A stretch of DNA of 64,000 nt, taken from NCBI GenBank assembly GCA_963804995.1, contig CAWDSK010000005.1:608001-672000 (forward strand), read 5' to 3'. The notes beneath the pieces are model-generated. The model was not told where the DNA came from. It did no database searches and saw only the letters and a list, made by a program, of their open reading frames with translations. The DNA comes from an uncultured Acidobacteriota bacterium (GTDB taxonomy: Bacteria > Acidobacteriota > Terriglobia > UBA7540). A program made the translations under genes and the position numbers. Shown in pieces: positions 10,174 to 19,354 of this stretch; the first letter of the stretch is position 1; the number at the start of each line of letters is the position of its first letter.

Positions 10174-10189
10174 GTAGTCATATGACTAC
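10174..10189. promoter_or_regulatory. Perfect 16-bp palindrome, operator candidate
   Basis: GTAGTCATATGACTAC is its own reverse complement, in an intergenic position. Confidence 0.5.
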
Positions 10190-10311
10190 TGTATTCATGC
10201 CCGGCGGAGTCAAAACTCCTCCCGTTAGCATACTTCCTTCATACTCCTCCCCGCGACAAATTGCAAGCCTCGGTGGGGGTACAGTTTCGATTTTACAATT
10301 GGCAATCTGCC

Positions 10312-10339
10312 TTGACTGGGTTTTGCGTCCTGCCATAAT
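10312..10339 (+). promoter_or_regulatory. Sigma70-like promoter for a probably leaderless micro-ORF
   Basis: TTGACT-N16-CATAAT with extended TG; ATG follows 6 nt after the -10 box. Confidence 0.55.
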
Positions 10340-10345
10340 GGGGGC

Positions 10346-10468
10346 ATGCCAAAGAAACCCCCTACCAAACCGCCGAAGCGCGAGCCGGTAAAAACCCACC
10401 CAAAGGAAGACTTCAATCAGGCCGCTTTCCGAGCCGTCCAAGAGACTATTAAGCGCAGTGAATCATAG
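10346..10468 (+). CDS. 40-aa basic micro-protein
   Basis: Hand translation MPKKPPTKPPKREPVKTHPKEDFNQAAFRAVQETIKRSES; below the ORF-track cutoff. Confidence 0.6.
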   Translation: MPKKPPTKPPKREPVKTHPKEDFNQAAFRAVQETIKRSES

Positions 10469-10655
10469 ATTGGGAAGGTCTAGCATAGCGTCTTGTCATA
10501 GCACTGCTCCATTCTTTCAAGTTATGTTAACCGGCGAACGTACAATCAATGACTTACGGGTAATTTACTGACACTTTTCGGCTGGCAGTATTTCACCTTT
10601 ATTTCATTGACTAGCCCTACAAAATCCATTATCATCCATTGCAGTGGAGGGTAGC

Positions 10656-11102
10656 ATGATAGATTTTCTGAAGTTCTTGGATTCCGAGATCGAAAAGACT
10701 GGGCAGGCAATTGATGAGGCAAACATCAAATTCAATACACTTCAAGAATTACGTAGAAAGTTTTTGGAGTCGCAGCGAGCAAACGGCAGTCGCGCTCCCA
10801 TCCAAAGTAATTTGGCGCAAAAGGCTGCCAGTCTGGATCCGGCAACCTTCACGCAAGACACCGACAACAAAACTCATTTGGTCCTAGATATCATTCTGGG
10901 ACATCAAGACGAGGGCGTAAAAGCGGGGCGCGTTTATGAGGATATTATATCTCGCGGTATAAATATCAATAGAAATTACGTTTACTCCATACTGAATAGG
11001 CAGAAAAAGCGTGGGGCGATTCAATTCAAAAGAGGCAAATATTATCCGACGATCAGTATTTTTGCCCAGGCTTCGACAGGGGGAACAAGTTCTGCCGCAT
11101 AA
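10656..11102 (+). CDS. Coiled-coil + winged-helix DNA-binding protein (putative)
   Basis: RBS ggagg; heptad N-terminus; C-terminal YVYSILNRQKKRGAIQFKRGKYY wing pattern; AT-rich. Confidence 0.7.
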   Translation: MIDFLKFLDSEIEKTGQAIDEANIKFNTLQELRRKFLESQRANGSRAPIQSNLAQKAASLDPATFTQDTDNKTHLVLDIILGHQDEGVKAGRVYEDIISRGININRNYVYSILNRQKKRGAIQFKRGKYYPTISIFAQASTGGTSSAA

Positions 11103-11168
11103 GGCAGAAACCCCCGGCAAGTGCTCGTAACACCTGCCGGGGGCAATCCAAAGAAAGGAGGAACGGCG

Positions 11169-11258
11169 ATGCGCTACCAAATCACCCGTTCCGCTAGGGG
11201 ATACGTGCTAACGATTCGATTTCGGCGAATCGTCATCACTATCGAACTACCACCTTAG
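11169..11258 (+). CDS. 29-aa micro-ORF with strong RBS
   Basis: aaaggagg then MRYQITRSARGYVLTIRFRRIVITIELPP; hairpins on both sides. Confidence 0.55.
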   Translation: MRYQITRSARGYVLTIRFRRIVITIELPP

Positions 11259-11352
11259 CTGGGGTCGGCCCAGCTAAATAGCCAAGTTGCGTGACAGGCA
11301 GAGGAGGGGTCTTCTCTCACAAGGGGTTGGCCCCTTTCCTGCCGCACGCCTA

Positions 11353-11574
11353 TTATACCCCAATTTCCGACTTCTTGGCCTTTTCCTTTGCCCAGCGAGC
11401 CTGTACAGCCTTGCGTGCGCTGACGCTACGCTCTTCTGGGGTCATGTTAGCGGCTCTTTTGGCTCCGCCGACCTTACCGCCTTTGCTGCCTATTTTGGCC
11501 AGATAAGCTCGGAATTCCGGCAGGCTGGCGCAGGGCGAGCGCAGCCCTGCGATTCTGGTGCGAGTGGATGACAT
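11353..11574 (-). CDS. Small basic KGG-motif protein; N-terminus overwritten by a repeat
   Basis: YLAKIGSKGGKVGGAKRAANMTPEERSVSARKAVQARW; the first ~18 codons derive from the repeat at 11521-11554. Confidence 0.65.
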   Translation of the reverse strand: MSSTRTRIAGLRSPCASLPEFRAYLAKIGSKGGKVGGAKRAANMTPEERSVSARKAVQARWAKEKAKKSEIGV

Positions 11575-11664
11575 TAATCGCAGAATCTCGGCTCGCTCTG
11601 CGCCAACCTGCCTAAAGGTTGTTGAATTCCTGGAATACTCAAATGCCAACGTAACGCCCAAGTG

Positions 11665-11860
11665 ACCCCTCACCCGTCCCGCCCCGGCTGATGAGGACGC
11701 CGGTTGCGGTCCACCCTCTCCCCTCGGAGAGGGCGGTTGCTCAAGGTAAGGTGCGGCGCCGTCGCCACCCTGAGATCATAGCCTTCTCCCTAGGGGTCGC
11801 AGATCCGCCGTGGCGGAAGAAGGTGGCTGACGTAGGAGGCCGGATGAGGGGTTACTTACA
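11665..11860. repeat. CCCCTCACCC/CCCTCTCCC hairpin repeat element
   Basis: Near copy of 2947-3016, with inverse arm ccggatgagggg at about 11841-11852. Confidence 0.7.
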
Positions 11861-12128
11861 CCCGCAGGGCTTCGAAACAATTTGCAGCTTATAAATCCAA
11901 AAACCATTAGCCCGGCGCTACGTCAAACTAGGACACCACCCAACCCTCTAAAGTGGGAATTGCGAAGCTGGCATTCTACGCTGTGCGAGATTTCTTCAAG
12001 CCGGATGGTTCCCCCCGCGGCAATCCAGTGGGTTTCAAATCCCGCACTCCCAAAAGAGAATTGGGCAGGCTTCACACCTTGCCGAACTGAACCCCGTGGG
12101 TGAAGCGCATGGGGCAGGGGACACGAAA

Positions 12129-12340
12129 CTAGTGTGGTGTCCCGTGTTAGAGTTGACAATGGGTAGAACCCCCTCACCCGTCTGGCATCGGCTGATGAGA
12201 ACGCCTCGGCCAGCCACCCTCTCCCCCAAAGGGGCGAGGGCAAGAAAAATTAACTCTCCCCTCGCCCCTTTGGGGGAGAGGGGCTGGGGGGTGAGGGGGT
12301 CGGACAGCCTTGTCAAATATTAACCGGGACACGAAACTAG
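12129..12340. mobile_element. MITE bounded by CTAG with IS630-like ends (empty-site copy)
   Basis: ctagtgtggtgtcccg...cgggacacgaaactag; near-identical to 39177-39338 + 40741-40789; another right end gggacacgaaactag abuts at 12118-12132. Confidence 0.8.
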
Positions 12341-12342
12341 AT

Positions 12343-13638
12343 TCACGCGGAAGCCTGCGGCGCTTTCTTATTGCGAATGGTTTGGTTCACGATTAGAGGT
12401 TTTGCCCAAAAGGAGACACACAAGACCCAGCCAAACGTGAAGTACAAAAACGTCATCCCCGTGCGAAGCCCAAAAGAATCGCCGAGACGCCCGATAATCA
12501 ACGGCACCACGGCTCCGCCCATGATGGCGGTACAAAGGATACCCGCAAAAGGACCATGGTGCTCCGCCACGGAGTTTAGCCCCAGAGAAATAATGATCGG
12601 CCACATGACCGATGCGAAAAGACCTGTGAGGGGGAACGCCAGTTTCGCTGCGGTTCCGGTGCCGAACAGGGCGACCGTCAGGCTTGCGAGTGCCCCGAGA
12701 CTAAATCCCAGCAAGACCTTGCGGCTATCCAAAAGCTTCAGCAATACCATGCCAAGCCCGCAGCCTGCCGTGAGTAATCCCCAGAACCACGCCACCACAG
12801 TCGCGCCGGTGGTGTGAGGATCGTACCCGTGATACTGCGCGAGGAACTGGGAGATCCAGTCTGCCGTCCCCTGCTCTGAGCCGACATACATGAAGATACT
12901 GACAAAAAACATCAGCACGATCGGCTTCTTGAGGAGATGGCCATACATGCCGAAAGCGCCAGCCTGCTCCTCTTCGGTGCGCGCCACCGGCGGAAAGCGG
13001 GATGCCGACAACGCGACCAGCATCAGGATGATCGTCCCGCTGAAGATCCAGTACATGGACACCCACGGCAGACCGGCGGGAACGAGCCGTTTAAGGATAA
13101 GGAGCAGGAAATTCTGCTGGTTCGGTGGGTCTCCCAGGTGAAGAACTACGTAGGAGTAAAGTTGCGGACTAACAAATGATGCGGCCCCGAAGATTAACTG
13201 GGCGAAGGCAGCATTGAAAGCAAAATGTTCTTCCCCCCCGGCAACGCGCAGAAGCGGATTAATGGCGACCTGCAGCGCCGCCATGCTTCCGCCGATGAGG
13301 AACAGAGATACCAAGGAGACCTGATACACGGGGAACAACGCGAAAAACAGAGCGCCGGCCAACGCCACAGCAAAGGAAACCAGCATCACCCATTTCTCTC
13401 CCCGCAACTCCACGAGGAATCCAGCGGGGACAGAGAGCACTCCGTAAGCAATAAAGAAGGAAAACGGCAGCAGGGCGGCGGCTGCAAGACTCACATGAAA
13501 ACTTTGGATAATGTCGGGGATGATGGGCCCGAGGATGTTGGTGAGGAACGATATGACGAAGAATGTCGCAAAGAGCAACCCGACTATGAATTTGCTTCGC
13601 TTCATACGTGAATGCGGCCCCTCGCCCGCTTGGATCAC
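12343..13638 (-). CDS. MFS sugar:H+ symporter, FucP-like
   Basis: About 12 hydrophobic segments; ALQVAINPLL, MYVGSEQG, AIMGGAVVP motifs. Confidence 0.9.
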   Translation of the reverse strand: MIQAGEGPHSRMKRSKFIVGLLFATFFVISFLTNILGPIIPDIIQSFHVSLAAAALLPFSFFIAYGVLSVPAGFLVELRGEKWVMLVSFAVALAGALFFALFPVYQVSLVSLFLIGGSMAALQVAINPLLRVAGGEEHFAFNAAFAQLIFGAASFVSPQLYSYVVLHLGDPPNQQNFLLLILKRLVPAGLPWVSMYWIFSGTIILMLVALSASRFPPVARTEEEQAGAFGMYGHLLKKPIVLMFFVSIFMYVGSEQGTADWISQFLAQYHGYDPHTTGATVVAWFWGLLTAGCGLGMVLLKLLDSRKVLLGFSLGALASLTVALFGTGTAAKLAFPLTGLFASVMWPIIISLGLNSVAEHHGPFAGILCTAIMGGAVVPLIIGRLGDSFGLRTGMTFLYFTFGWVLCVSFWAKPLIVNQTIRNKKAPQASA

Positions 13639-14693
13639 TCGATAGTGGTCACCTTGGAGGCAAGACTGAACCGGCCTGCCTCCGTCCCGGTTTGCGCGGC
13701 CAACGCCAGCGTGATCATTTCCACGGGCAAGATCTCAAGGATGGGGATTAAACTATCCGGCACGGCGGGAATCCGCAGAGACGAATGTCGGGCCTCCGCT
13801 CCAATCAACTCAGCCCTCCCTCCCTTGCGCCGGATGTCCTCCACCAGTTTGACGTTAAGCACCCTTGTCGTCTCAACTCCGGCGAAAACGCCGACGAACG
13901 TTTTTTCACCGACCAACTCCATGGGTCCGTGCCGAAATGCGGCGCTGCTCATTCCCTCGGCGTGATAGTGGACAGACTCTTTCGTGATAAGCGCTCCCGT
14001 TCCGACGGCAGCGAGCGAGATTCCTCGTCCGACAAGAAAAAGTTGATGAACATTTTCCAGGCAGGCTGCCAATTCCAAGACGTGATCCCGCCAGGAATTC
14101 AGATACGCTGCAACCGCGGGTGCGGCTTGCGCCAGTTCGCTTCGTATGGGCCGAGGATCGGCGTACCCGAGGAGGGCGCTAAGCTGGCATAGGATCATCA
14201 GCGCCGTCACATAAGTTTTGCAGGAAACCGAGAATTCCTCACCCGCCTTCGTCAGCAATACAACATTGGAGCGCGTACCCAGGGGGCTATCAGCGGTGTT
14301 GGTGACGGCAATGATCTGGGCGCGGCCTTCATTTTTTTCGAGCAGGGTGACGATCTCCGCGCTCCGTCCGGATTGTGAGACCGCGATGATCAGGTTGGCA
14401 GGGTCGAGCAGATGGGGAAAGTAGTGGACCAATTCCGAAGTCTCAACGAACATGGTCATGCAGCCACGTGAAGAAAGTAATAAATGCAACGGGTAGAGGG
14501 CATGATAGGACGACCCCATGCCCGTCAGCACGACCCTCTTCAGAATTCCTTCTTTTAATTGCCGGGCAAGCGGGAGCAAGGCATCCGGGGCGGTGATCCC
14601 CTCCCTCGTGGCCTCGAGCGCGCGAGGCTGGTCCAGGATGTCCCGCAGATATTCGCCCTCGATAATGCGATATTTCTGATCCATGTTACTCAT
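13635..14693 (-). CDS. Double SIS-domain sugar-phosphate isomerase/deaminase (GlmS C-terminal/AgaS-like)
   Basis: ILDQP, LTGMGSSY, AVSQSGRS, FRHGPME and KVTTIE C-terminus. Confidence 0.9.
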   Translation of the reverse strand: MSNMDQKYRIIEGEYLRDILDQPRALEATREGITAPDALLPLARQLKEGILKRVVLTGMGSSYHALYPLHLLLSSRGCMTMFVETSELVHYFPHLLDPANLIIAVSQSGRSAEIVTLLEKNEGRAQIIAVTNTADSPLGTRSNVVLLTKAGEEFSVSCKTYVTALMILCQLSALLGYADPRPIRSELAQAAPAVAAYLNSWRDHVLELAACLENVHQLFLVGRGISLAAVGTGALITKESVHYHAEGMSSAAFRHGPMELVGEKTFVGVFAGVETTRVLNVKLVEDIRRKGGRAELIGAEARHSSLRIPAVPDSLIPILEILPVEMITLALAAQTGTEAGRFSLASKVTTIE

Positions 14694-14695
14694 GG

Positions 14696-15664
14696 CTAAT
14701 CCCCTGAAGACTGGAAGTGATTGCGCCAGACTTCGGCCGCGCCGATCAGGCCCACATCCGGGCCCAAGGATGCCAGCGAGATCTCAACGTTTTGATAGGG
14801 CACGAGACGGCAATTCTGGCGGATGATCTGGTGAATGCGGTCGAGGAACAGACTAGCACTTTTCATGACGCTGCCGGCGAGCACAATGGCCTCAGGAAGA
14901 AACATGGTGACAAGATTGGCGAGACCAACGCCCAGGTAATAGGCCTCGCGCTCGACAGCCTGCCGGGCCCATTCGTCCCCACGCTGGGCTCGCGCGCAGA
15001 TCTCCCGAGCAGTCAAATCCTGGATTGGGTAATCAGCCGGCACAATGGTTTTGATCCAATCCACCATGGAGGGGCCGCTCGCCAGTGCCTCCCAGCAGCC
15101 ACGCGCACCACACGTGCACAGCGGCCCCGACGTTTCAATAATGTGGTGCCCGAGTTCCGGATGCGATTGACCCGCCCCTCGATACACCTTCCCATCCAAC
15201 ACCACTCCAGCGCCGATGCCTGTGCCGATGGTTACGCAGATCATGCGGGCTTTGCCCTTTCCAGACCCCCACGCTACCTCGCCGAGGGCAACTGCATCCG
15301 CATCGTTTTCAACTGCGACGGAAACGTGGAATTCAGCCGATAGTTTCGCGACGAGATTGCCTCCTTGCCATCCCGGCAAAGTACTTACATCACCCAATAC
15401 GCCCGTCAGCGGATCCACCGGGCCGGTGCACCCGATCCCGATTCCTTCGAGCTTGACCCCGGCCTGGGCCGCGCATCGAGCCAGGACCTTGCTCCCGCGT
15501 TGCATGGCGTGATCGAACCCCAAAGGAACATCGGTAGGATATTCTTCCCTGGCCAGTACTCGCCCCTGCGCATCCACGACCCCCACGGCAATCTTCGTGC
15601 CTCCGATATCAAGGGCCCCAATCATGCCTTTATACCTCCGTTCCGATATGGGAAAGCGTTTCAT
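14696..15664 (-). CDS. ROK family sugar kinase
   Basis: LDIGGTK, ENDADA, GTGIGAG, ELGH and CTCGARGCWE zinc motif. Confidence 0.93.
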   Translation of the reverse strand: MKRFPISERRYKGMIGALDIGGTKIAVGVVDAQGRVLAREEYPTDVPLGFDHAMQRGSKVLARCAAQAGVKLEGIGIGCTGPVDPLTGVLGDVSTLPGWQGGNLVAKLSAEFHVSVAVENDADAVALGEVAWGSGKGKARMICVTIGTGIGAGVVLDGKVYRGAGQSHPELGHHIIETSGPLCTCGARGCWEALASGPSMVDWIKTIVPADYPIQDLTAREICARAQRGDEWARQAVEREAYYLGVGLANLVTMFLPEAIVLAGSVMKSASLFLDRIHQIIRQNCRLVPYQNVEISLASLGPDVGLIGAAEVWRNHFQSSGD

Positions 15665-17871
15665 CTCCAGTCAAAGACTGCCGCCGCGTAGGGTTCGAGG
15701 TCCAACGCCCACTTTGATCCATGAAGTGAAATGGGCTGTTCCCCCTTTGGCGTCACCTGTTGAACGGAGTGCAGGGAGAAAGTGGAACTCACCGTTGCCT
15801 GCTGTGAGTTTGCGCTATGATTCACGATCACGACATAACCGTGATCCCCAGCATCCAATGACACAGCTTCAACGGACGGCCGATCGCTCTGGAATCGTGG
15901 CCTGACCCCCGCCCAGTCACGGAAGGCCTGATAGATCCGGTGCGTATTCTCCTCCTGGTCGAAAACCGAGGGAACGCCGGCCAGATAGCTTTCGAGCGGG
16001 TACGCACAGAGCAACGTTTTACCTTTTCCCAGGGTGTTCGCGATCAACGCCGGGCGCCCGGCCTGGTCAATGGCAATCACCGTGCCGCCGCGAACCTCAA
16101 GCACCGCTGCCCACTTATGGGGATTATCCGGGGCGGAGTAGTGAAATTCGTCCCCTGGTTTCAAGCCCGCCCAGGCAGAGACGACCTTAAGAGTAACGCT
16201 ACTGACGGGCGAATGGTCAACCAGGCGTGCCCCGAACAATCTCTCCATCTCCGGAATCGCCGCGTCTCCGGCCACCGAGGCATACAGAGCGCCACCTTGC
16301 TCGACGTACTGGTGCGCCTTTTCCCAAAAGTCGGTGTGCACCTGTACCAGATAATTGTCTGTGCTGGTCAGCGGAGAAGGCAGCAGCATGAGGGGATGGC
16401 TTTGCCAATCGCTGTACTCTCGCGGGAAGTCTGCCTTCAAGCCTGCTTGGCGCGCCAGGATGAAGGAGGACAACCATGAGCCGGTCACGTCCTCATTTGC
16501 CTCACCGACGTTAGGCAGGCGCTCTCCGGCCACCGCTCCGCCCTCACGCGAGGAGGTATAGGGCACAATCCCCGGCCCCTCCAGGCCAAAGTGCGAGAAG
16601 TCGCCGTAGGGCTTCGACCACTCATGAGGAACTATGATGCCGGCATCGGCGGGGGCTGGCTCGATGCCGCTGAGATCCAGTCTGGCCACAATCTCTTCGA
16701 AATCCTGAAACATTCGGGCAGCGGGGCGTTCCTTCCCATCCCAGGTGGTCAACCCAAACTGTGTTTCATGCGGCGAGCGCAAATAAGGGACGCGGTGGAA
16801 CTGCTCCGGGGCGGCGTCGGTATAGCACCAGATCAAAAATCCATTTGCGCCCGCGCCCAACGCCGAGTAAAGATTCGCCCCCAGGTATTTCGCAATCTGC
16901 TCGGGCTCATACTGCGCCGAAGATGCTCCGATCTCCTGAACCATTACTGGGCGCCCCGCCCCTCCCGAAAGGGCCGTTTCAAGGGCTGCGCCATACGTCC
17001 CTCGCGCGGAGAGCATGGCGTCAGGGAAAAGCTTCGGGGCATAGATGGTGTAAGGATGCACGCTGAAAAAGTCCACATCGTCGCGAAGGATGTCGGGACG
17101 GAAGGGACCGCGCCCCACATCTTCCATGGCGACCCCAACTACCAGGGGATGCATGGAATCGCGACGGCGGATTGCACCGGTCATCAACCGCGTCCAATTG
17201 ATCGCCATGGAATCCGTGGTACTGTCGCGCGCGACCCAGAACGGAGGTTCATCGGTCAGATCCCAGGCCAGAATGGCGGGTTCCTTACCGTACCGGCGGG
17301 CAAGCTCGGCGGCAAAGTCGGTCTCCAACCGCAACATGTAAGGATCTGATTGAGGGTCGCGACCCTGGCGATAGGGTACATCCCAATAGGCTTCGCCCAC
17401 TTCTCCTCCAATCAAAAGCATAGGATGGAGATAAATGTGATAGCGGTGGGCCAGTGAAACCAGATAGTCGAGCCCGCGAAATGCTTCGGGATTGTAATCC
17501 TCCGGCCGGGGCTCAAACCACGCCCAGACCAGATCGAGTCGAATGGTGTTGAAGCCCAGTTCGTGCATGCGCGCGAAATCCGCTTCAATCGCCTTCGGGT
17601 CCCAATCGTAGGGCCACTCCATGGCGGCTTTGGCGGGAACCCAGTTGGCGCCCACAGGAATGAAGCGGCGCCCTTCGCGTGAGAAGTAGTTGCCATCTAA
17701 TCGGACGGCTGGTAACTGTGCTTCCTCCGCTGGCTGATGCGCTGAACCCTGCACCTTCGTTTGCGACTGGGCCGGGTCGCGGCCCTCAACCTTAACCGCC
17801 CAGCCGAGACCTAGCGCTGCCACCATCAAGAAACACCGCAGTGTGCGTTTGGAATCCCAGCGCATACTCAT
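15661..17871 (-). CDS. Exported clan GH-A glycoside hydrolase (GH5/GH42-like, trimerisation-type C-terminal domain)
   Basis: Signal peptide; GFNTIR, WDLTDEP acid/base, SVHPY, MVQEIG nucleophile; RBS ggagg. Confidence 0.85.
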   Translation of the reverse strand: MSMRWDSKRTLRCFLMVAALGLGWAVKVEGRDPAQSQTKVQGSAHQPAEEAQLPAVRLDGNYFSREGRRFIPVGANWVPAKAAMEWPYDWDPKAIEADFARMHELGFNTIRLDLVWAWFEPRPEDYNPEAFRGLDYLVSLAHRYHIYLHPMLLIGGEVGEAYWDVPYRQGRDPQSDPYMLRLETDFAAELARRYGKEPAILAWDLTDEPPFWVARDSTTDSMAINWTRLMTGAIRRRDSMHPLVVGVAMEDVGRGPFRPDILRDDVDFFSVHPYTIYAPKLFPDAMLSARGTYGAALETALSGGAGRPVMVQEIGASSAQYEPEQIAKYLGANLYSALGAGANGFLIWCYTDAAPEQFHRVPYLRSPHETQFGLTTWDGKERPAARMFQDFEEIVARLDLSGIEPAPADAGIIVPHEWSKPYGDFSHFGLEGPGIVPYTSSREGGAVAGERLPNVGEANEDVTGSWLSSFILARQAGLKADFPREYSDWQSHPLMLLPSPLTSTDNYLVQVHTDFWEKAHQYVEQGGALYASVAGDAAIPEMERLFGARLVDHSPVSSVTLKVVSAWAGLKPGDEFHYSAPDNPHKWAAVLEVRGGTVIAIDQAGRPALIANTLGKGKTLLCAYPLESYLAGVPSVFDQEENTHRIYQAFRDWAGVRPRFQSDRPSVEAVSLDAGDHGYVVIVNHSANSQQATVSSTFSLHSVQQVTPKGEQPISLHGSKWALDLEPYAAAVFDWR

Positions 17872-17977
17872 GGTCCTTACCTCCCATTGCAAATATCTTC
17901 GATATGAGAGCTAGCCCGCGCAGTTGACGTAAGCGGGGAACGCCGGCTTGTAAAAAACCGCACATGAAATCGCCGCA

Positions 17978-18006
17978 ACACTAAGTAAGTCCGCCGTGAA
18001 TGTCAA
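17978..18006 (-). promoter_or_regulatory. Sigma70-like promoter of the GH-ROK-SIS-MFS operon
   Basis: Minus strand TTGACA-N17-TAGTGT. Confidence 0.6.
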
Positions 18007-18132
18007 GGCGTGCTGTCGTCCGCCACAATCTGCGATTTCATCATTATGGTGTTGGGTGACTCTTGGGCTTGTCCAAATTCCGCTCAAATGGGAGGGTAGT
18101 GATCTGCGGCTCCGCCGCTTGTCATGAAAAAG

Positions 18133-18306
18133 CTCCCCGCCTCAGTTGAGGAGGGGTGGCGCACCGAGCCCCGATAGCGCGTTCTTTCCAAATTGATGAT
18201 CGGGGCCGAGCGCCGGGGTGGTGTTGAGGGTTGCCTCACGCCGCCCGGCGGATCGAATAACCACCCCGTCGCCTACGGCGCCACCCCTCCTAAATTAGGA
18301 GGGGAG
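18133..18306. repeat. MITE/REP-like element with ~30-bp imperfect terminal inverted repeats
   Basis: ctccccgcctcagttgaggaggggtggcgc ... gcgccacccctcctaaattaggaggggag. Confidence 0.75.
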
Positions 18307-18410
18307 TTACCCTAAAATTCCAGCAATCTGTTTGCCCCGGTTCCCTGTTGTGGTATGTTTGGCGGGATTTTGCAGTGATTACGTGTAGAACCTATATCTG
18401 GAGAGGCCAT

Positions 18411-19313
18411 ATGAGAGCTGTAGTTCGAATTACCTTCGCGACAATGGTGATATTCTTGTTTACGAACTTGGCGTTTGCTCAATTGGGAATGTTCTCGAAG
18501 GAGCAACGCCTGGCCCTGACACCCGAGTGGAAGGGCGAAAGATTCCCCGACGGACGGCCCAAGGTTCCTGATTCAGTGCTCCAAGGTTTGAAGGACGTGG
18601 ATGCTGAGGAAGCCTGGGATGTATTGCAGTCGCACGGTTACAAGTTCCAATTCGAAAGCGGCTGGCACGAGATCAATCATGGAGATCGGATGGTGGGACG
18701 CGTATTCACTGCAGTATTCATGCCCCAGCGGCCAGACGTGGACGCGGTGATCAACGCCAAAGGCAAAGAAGAGGGGCGCATCGGCAGCCAGAACTCCTGG
18801 CCCATTGATATGCTGTCGCCTGGCGACGTGCTGGTGGTGGACCTCTTTGGAAAGATCAAGGACGGCACTTACGCAGGTGACAACCTTTCCACCTCCATTT
18901 TCGCCAAAAGCCACAACGGCTTGGTGGTGGACGGCTCGGTTCGGGATGAAACGGGCATCTCTCAAATTACCGGCATGCATGTCTTCGTGCGCGGGGTTGA
19001 CCCTTCCTCATTGAAAGACACGACTTTGATGGGCATCAACGTGCCGATCCGGATCGGTCAAGTCATGGTGATGCCGGGGGACGTGGCCGTTAGCGATGCG
19101 GAAGGCATCACCTTCATCCCTCCCCAACTTGCCCAGCAGATCATTGACGAAGCGCAAATGACCCACCGGGTGGATGAATGGGGACACATGATGCTGCGTG
19201 AAGGCAAATACACGCCCGGCCAGATCGATGGCGAGTGGACGAAACCGATGATCAGGGAGTTCAATAAATGGCTTGAGCAGAAAGGCTCCAAGCTCCGCAT
19301 GCCCGAACAGTAG
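18411..19313 (+). CDS. RraA/HMG-CHA aldolase family protein with signal peptide
   Basis: GERFPDGRPKV, PGDVLVVD, VDGSVRD, VMPGDVAVSDAEG; signal ending AFA-Q. Confidence 0.88.
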   Translation: MRAVVRITFATMVIFLFTNLAFAQLGMFSKEQRLALTPEWKGERFPDGRPKVPDSVLQGLKDVDAEEAWDVLQSHGYKFQFESGWHEINHGDRMVGRVFTAVFMPQRPDVDAVINAKGKEEGRIGSQNSWPIDMLSPGDVLVVDLFGKIKDGTYAGDNLSTSIFAKSHNGLVVDGSVRDETGISQITGMHVFVRGVDPSSLKDTTLMGINVPIRIGQVMVMPGDVAVSDAEGITFIPPQLAQQIIDEAQMTHRVDEWGHMMLREGKYTPGQIDGEWTKPMIREFNKWLEQKGSKLRMPEQ

Positions 19314-19354
19314 AATTTTGGGAACTTAACTTTGCGACCGGAGGAAGGATCACC

